In this document: positions 59,751-64,000 of the stretch, in pieces
Position numbering within the stretch: position 1 is the stretch's first letter
How the letters are laid out: each line of letters begins with the position of its first letter
Source of the DNA: Zygnema circumcarinatum SAG 698-1b
Lineage: Eukaryota; Plantae; Zygnematophyceae
NCBI GenBank assembly: GCA_037447605.1
Contig: CM074811.1
Span: 1,426,001-1,490,000 of the forward strand
Direction of reading: 5' to 3'
DNA: 64,000 nt
The notes under the pieces: model-generated
What the model was told of the DNA's origin: nothing
What the model saw: only the letters and a program-made list of their open reading frames with translations
The model's database searches: none
Program-made: the position numbers and the translations under genes

Positions 59751-60366
59751 TGTTAGTAATGCTTGTCTAGGATCTACACATCAGGTGGAGCATGTGGCGC
59801 ATTCTGATTGGCCGCTGCATAGGCGCGGAGCGCTGTGATTGGTCGTGTTACGTGGCGCTCGGAGATGTACGTGATTGTACGGACGGGGAGCTCCAGAAAA
59901 CTCGCGGCGTTCCTTTTGCCGGAAAACTATTGGCTTGCAAGGCGCGCAGTGGCGTGACGTGACGGAGAGTGTTCCGGAAGTCACGTCACACTGTGACTAA
60001 TAAATTACGATGCAAATGAGCGAGCTAAAACCCTTAGTGCAGGCTGCTAGGTGCAGAGTAGAGGCTTGCCAGTGTGTGGTGAAGCTTTACAGCATAAGGG
60101 GGACACTCTTGTAGTGGAGTAGAGAAGCGCAGGAGGGGCTCTTGTTGTGTTCTTGTACTCCGTTTTGAAGTTAAGAGTTTTCAGCATTTGTGCATTCTCT
60201 TATCTTCTGAATCTTCGATCTGTTCATTCATTCTTTGCTTGGGGCAGTCTGTGCTTTGTGAGTGTGATTCTGTGTTTCCGCAAGGCTGGCGTCTCCTAGT
60301 CCAAGGAGTAGTGGGATGTCATCCTCGGAGGGATCCTCTACTAGGACCGGAGGCTCCACATCTACA
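59751..60366 (+). repeat. Putative 5' LTR (about 616 bp)
   Basis: TG...CA termini inferred from the array junction and the position before the PBS. The second LTR is not in the window. Confidence 0.7.
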
Positions 60367-63300
60367 AGTGGTATCAGAGCTAGAGACCGAGCAGAAGGTG
60401 ATGACGATCGGAAGATTGGAGTGCCATTGTTTGATGGCCATAACTACAAGACGTGGAGGTGGCGAATGAAGAAAGTGCTGTTGAGCCGAGACCTTCTTGG
60501 AGTTGTTGATGGCACGGAGGAGAGACCAACCACCGGTGCTGAAGATATCAAGGAGTGGCTTCGAAAGGACAGGAAAGCTCAAGCACTTATCGCCTTAACT
60601 GTGAAGGATGAGCAGTCGCTTGCACTGCAAGAGTTAGAGACTAGTGCTGAAATGTGGAAGAGTCTAGAGGATGTGTATGATGTCAAATCTCATACCACGG
60701 TTGTCCACTTGTACTCAGAACTAGGTAATTTGAGAATGTCCGAAGATGAAGAGCTGGCAGATTATATGCAGAGGTTCGATAGCTTGATGCAGAGGTTTGC
60801 CCTTGCAAGTAAGCCGTTGGACTCAGATCATAAGATCAGCGTCTTCTTAGAGGGTCTGCCCAAAAGATTTGAGTTTGCTGTCATTTCCATTAAGACACTT
60901 CTCACTACTGCCAATCTAACCATAAACGAGGTGAAGGGCAGAGTGAGGGAGGAGGATGAAAGGCAGGCAAAGGCTAAGGTTTCGAGTGACAAGGTGCTGG
61001 CGCTAAGGTGGTCGCAGCAAAAGCACAAAGGAGGGGGGAGACCCAAGGTGGACAAGCGCAGCTCGGGACTGAGTTGCTACAACTGCGGAAAGCCAGGACA
61101 CGTGAAGACCAACTGCCCGGAGCTGAAGAAGGATAATGCGAGTGGAGCAGGCCCTTCTAAGTTAGCCGCAAAGGAGAAGGTCAAAGGAGCGTGTCACAAG
61201 TGCGGGAAGTTTGGCCACTTCAAGGCAAACTGTCCTGACGGAAATTCAGAGAAGACTCTAATGGCTGCTGAAGGCGAGTATTCAGAGTTTGCGAATGGAA
61301 TCCAAGTGCGGGATTATGGATTGAGGCCTTGGCTGATTGATTCGGGAGCATCCAAGCATATGTGCGTGGATGAGTCACTTTTCGTGGAGAAGAAGGCGCT
61401 GCAGCATGCACGTTCTGTTTATTCTGCCACCGGAGATGGAGTTGAGGTGACGCAAGGAGGATCGGTCGAGCTGGAGGTACTCAATGGGGGTGTAGGGGCA
61501 GTGCTGACCATAGGGAATGTGCTGCACACCCCGGGACTACAGAATAACTTTCTTTCTGTGAGTCAAATCTGCGAGGAAGGCTGCAAGGTGTGGTTTGATA
61601 GAGTGGCGTGCGCAGTAGTTGACGAGAATACCGGGAGGACCCTATGTAGAGGCATGCAAAAGAATGGCCTTTATTATCTGAATTGGGGTGGGAAGCCGGT
61701 GGAGGTGGTCAATTCAGTTGAAGAGGACCCCAAGGTGAGACTCTGGCATCGCAGACTTGGACACCTTGGATTCAGAGGTTTGAAGCGCCTTGCAGATGAG
61801 AAGTTAGTCAGAGGATTGGATGTGGAAGGTGTAAGGGGAGAAGGACACGGGACTTGTGAAGATTGTGTCGTAGGAAAAGCTCATAGGCGGCCGTTTGGTC
61901 AAGGAGCGGTGGCGCAAATCTCTCGGGAGAGATTGGAGCTGGTGCACACAGACTTGTGCGGCCCTGTTACCCCTACAAGCAAAGGTGGAGCTAACTATTT
62001 CATCACCTTTCTTGATGATTGCTCAAGGAAAGTATGGGTGAAAACGCTCACCAAGAAATCGGAAGCTTTTCAGGCCTTCAAGGAGTGGCAGCTGCAGGCC
62101 GAGAGGGAGACAGGGATGAAACTAAAAACTCTAAGGTCAGACAATGGTGGAGAGTACACTTCTCACCAGTTTAGAGATTACCTGAAGTCCCTCGGAGTGA
62201 AACATGAGTTCACTGCCCCTTACTCTCCTCAAAGTAACGGAGCTGCTGAGAGGATGAATAGGACGCTAGGAGATATGGCAAGGACTATGCTGAATGAGTC
62301 GCCATTTCCGCTATCGTTTTGGGCTGAGGCGATCACGGCGGCAGCGTATATTCGGAACAGGTGCCCTACATCTGTCTTGAAGGATAAAGTTCCGGAGGAA
62401 GTGTGGACAGGCAAGAAGCCGACTGTTGAGCACTTTCGAGTTTGGGGCTCAAAGTGCTTTATTCACGTTCCAAAGCACAAGCAAGCGCAGAAGTTCAGTC
62501 CTCGATCTGTGGAAGGATACTTCCTTGGCTACAATGAAGATAGCCAGACTTACCGGATCTGGAACCCAGTCACAAAGAAGGTGGAAAGGAGTCGTGACAT
62601 AATTGTGCAAGAATTCCACAAGTATTCAGAGAAGCTGGATGGAGAGAAGGACGTGAACACGAGAAGGCTTGTGTTTCCATGGGTTCCAGAAGATTCAGGA
62701 AGGGCTGAGGAAGCAGCATTACCACGGCCAGATATTCAGCATAGCCCACCGATGGAGCATGTCACTAATCCGCTAGATTCTGTACCTGAGGAGGGACCGC
62801 TTGAGGAGGAAGCACCCGAGGAGGAGGAGCCATCAGCGGACTTGCAGGTGCAGCCAGCAAAGGAGTCAGGAGAGAGGCAAGGATTCACTCCAAACTATGA
62901 GAACAGGAGTGATCGTCCAAGGAGGCAACCTGGTTGGTTGGCAGACTACCACCAACCACCATATTGGAAGGCAAAAAGGACGAAGAAGGTCAGAACACCT
63001 AGTGACTCAGCTGACTTTGCTGGCATTGCTGCGTGCATGATGGCTCATATTTCAGAACCTCAGAGTTATGCGGAAGCTTTGCAGGGTGAGGATGCTGAAA
63101 AGTGGAGGGCAGCAATAGATAGTGAGCTGAATAGTTTGAAAGTAAATGGAACCTGGAGATTGGAGGAGCTTCCTAAGGGTAGGAAGGCTATAGGCTGCAA
63201 ATGGGTGTTTAAGGTGAAGCGGAAGGCAGATGGGAGCGTAGATCGCTACAAGGCCAGGCTGGTTGCAAAGGGGTATAGCCAGAAAGAGGGCATTGATTAT

Positions 63301-64000
63301 TCGGAGACTTTTGCACCAGTGGTTAAGTTCAATTCCCTTAGATCACTCATTTCGATTGCAGCAGCGGAGAGAATGCATGTCCATCAACTTGATATAAAGA
63401 CTGCATTCCTCTATGGAGATCTAAGTGAGGAGATTTATATGGAGCAGCCGGAAGGCACAGTGGTGGAAGGACAAGAACATCTCGTATGCAGGCTGGTAAA
63501 GAGTCTTTACGGCCTCAAGCAAGCACCCCGGATTTGGTACCAGAAGATAGATGATCTTTTACGGAGGAATGGATACAAGCGGTTTGAGTCAGACCACTCC
63601 GTCTACAGTAAAGGTACCGGGAAGGAGCTGCTATACGTGGGCATTTACGTGGACGATCTGATCATTGTAAGTTCCTCCATGCAAAGCATTCAAAGTCTGA
63701 AGGATTTGATGAAGGAGAACTTCCAGATGACAGATTTAGGAGAGGCCCAATATCTGTTGGGAATTCAGCTCAAGAGGGGGCGAGATGGTAGTTTGTTCCT
63801 TTGCCAAGAGAAGTACGCTAAGGATGTCCTAGCGAAGTTCAGAATGGACAAGTGCACTCCATGCACAAGTCCCATGGATATGTCACAGAGGCTTTCAGAA
63901 TCCATGTCACCCCAGTCTCAAGAGGAGGCGAAGAAGATGGAGAATGTACCATACAGGTCTGCCATTGGAAGCCTGATGTACCTGATGATTGGCACGAGGC
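60316..64000 (+). CDS. Copia Gag-Pol polyprotein, single frame, incomplete at the 3' end
   Basis: FDGHNYKTWRWRM, zinc knuckles CYNCGKPGHVKTNC and CHKCGKFGHFKANC, protease WLIDSGAS, LWHRRLGH, integrase HTDLCGP / SDNGGEY / SNGAAERMNRTL, RT YKARLVAKGYSQ / LYGLKQAP / YVDDL. The motifs checked are all in one frame. Confidence 0.92.
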   Translation, partial: MSSSEGSSTRTGGSTSTSGIRARDRAEGDDDRKIGVPLFDGHNYKTWRWRMKKVLLSRDLLGVVDGTEERPTTGAEDIKEWLRKDRKAQALIALTVKDEQSLALQELETSAEMWKSLEDVYDVKSHTTVVHLYSELGNLRMSEDEELADYMQRFDSLMQRFALASKPLDSDHKISVFLEGLPKRFEFAVISIKTLLTTANLTINEVKGRVREEDERQAKAKVSSDKVLALRWSQQKHKGGGRPKVDKRSSGLSCYNCGKPGHVKTNCPELKKDNASGAGPSKLAAKEKVKGACHKCGKFGHFKANCPDGNSEKTLMAAEGEYSEFANGIQVRDYGLRPWLIDSGASKHMCVDESLFVEKKALQHARSVYSATGDGVEVTQGGSVELEVLNGGVGAVLTIGNVLHTPGLQNNFLSVSQICEEGCKVWFDRVACAVVDENTGRTLCRGMQKNGLYYLNWGGKPVEVVNSVEEDPKVRLWHRRLGHLGFRGLKRLADEKLVRGLDVEGVRGEGHGTCEDCVVGKAHRRPFGQGAVAQISRERLELVHTDLCGPVTPTSKGGANYFITFLDDCSRKVWVKTLTKKSEAFQAFKEWQLQAERETGMKLKTLRSDNGGEYTSHQFRDYLKSLGVKHEFTAPYSPQSNGAAERMNRTLGDMARTMLNESPFPLSFWAEAITAAAYIRNRCPTSVLKDKVPEEVWTGKKPTVEHFRVWGSKCFIHVPKHKQAQKFSPRSVEGYFLGYNEDSQTYRIWNPVTKKVERSRDIIVQEFHKYSEKLDGEKDVNTRRLVFPWVPEDSGRAEEAALPRPDIQHSPPMEHVTNPLDSVPEEGPLEEEAPEEEEPSADLQVQPAKESGERQGFTPNYENRSDRPRRQPGWLADYHQPPYWKAKRTKKVRTPSDSADFAGIAACMMAHISEPQSYAEALQGEDAEKWRAAIDSELNSLKVNGTWRLEELPKGRKAIGCKWVFKVKRKADGSVDRYKARLVAKGYSQKEGIDYSETFAPVVKFNSLRSLISIAAAERMHVHQLDIKTAFLYGDLSEEIYMEQPEGTVVEGQEHLVCRLVKSLYGLKQAPRIWYQKIDDLLRRNGYKRFESDHSVYSKGTGKELLYVGIYVDDLIIVSSSMQSIQSLKDLMKENFQMTDLGEAQYLLGIQLKRGRDGSLFLCQEKYAKDVLAKFRMDKCTPCTSPMDMSQRLSESMSPQSQEEAKKMENVPYRSAIGSLMYLMIGTR
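60369..60380 (+). promoter_or_regulatory. Primer-binding site complementary to the 3' end of initiator tRNA-Met
   Basis: TGGTATCAGAGC, 2 nt after the LTR CA. Confidence 0.9.

Larger units (their letters stand above)
59751..64000 (+). mobile_element. Ty1/copia LTR retrotransposon, 3' part outside the window
   Basis: LTR starts TGTTAG at 59751 where the tandem array stops and ends ...TCTACA at 60366. A PBS follows, then gag-PR-IN-RT in copia order. Confidence 0.95.

Overview
Intron-rich eukaryotic DNA of plant type, most likely a streptophyte green alga or bryophyte (inferred from the gene set; the species cannot be identified here). Genes in order: G3BP-like NTF2+RRM gene (-, truncated at the window start); uncharacterised protein with an N-terminal hydrophobic segment (-); rhodanese-domain protein (+); THUMP-domain RNA methyltransferase (-); HPP-family NITR2-like transporter (-); formin (-); HIT hydrolase (-); a roughly 822-aa fusion of an EGLN/PHD-type prolyl 4-hydroxylase and a Gnt1-type GlcNAc-transferase with an F-box-like N-terminal motif (+); two-RRM Gly-rich hnRNP (+); decayed RLK/Pelle-type kinase (-). 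Repeats and mobile DNA: a TA-flanked MITE, an 11-kb hexamer-built satellite, a 27-bp higher-order tandem array, and an apparently intact Ty1/copia element inserted at the edge of that array and running off the window. The main finding is the hydroxylase-glycosyltransferase fusion. It joins the first two enzymes of the protist Skp1 hydroxylation/glycosylation oxygen-sensing pathway in one reading frame. Exon coordinates were read by hand and may be off by a few bases.
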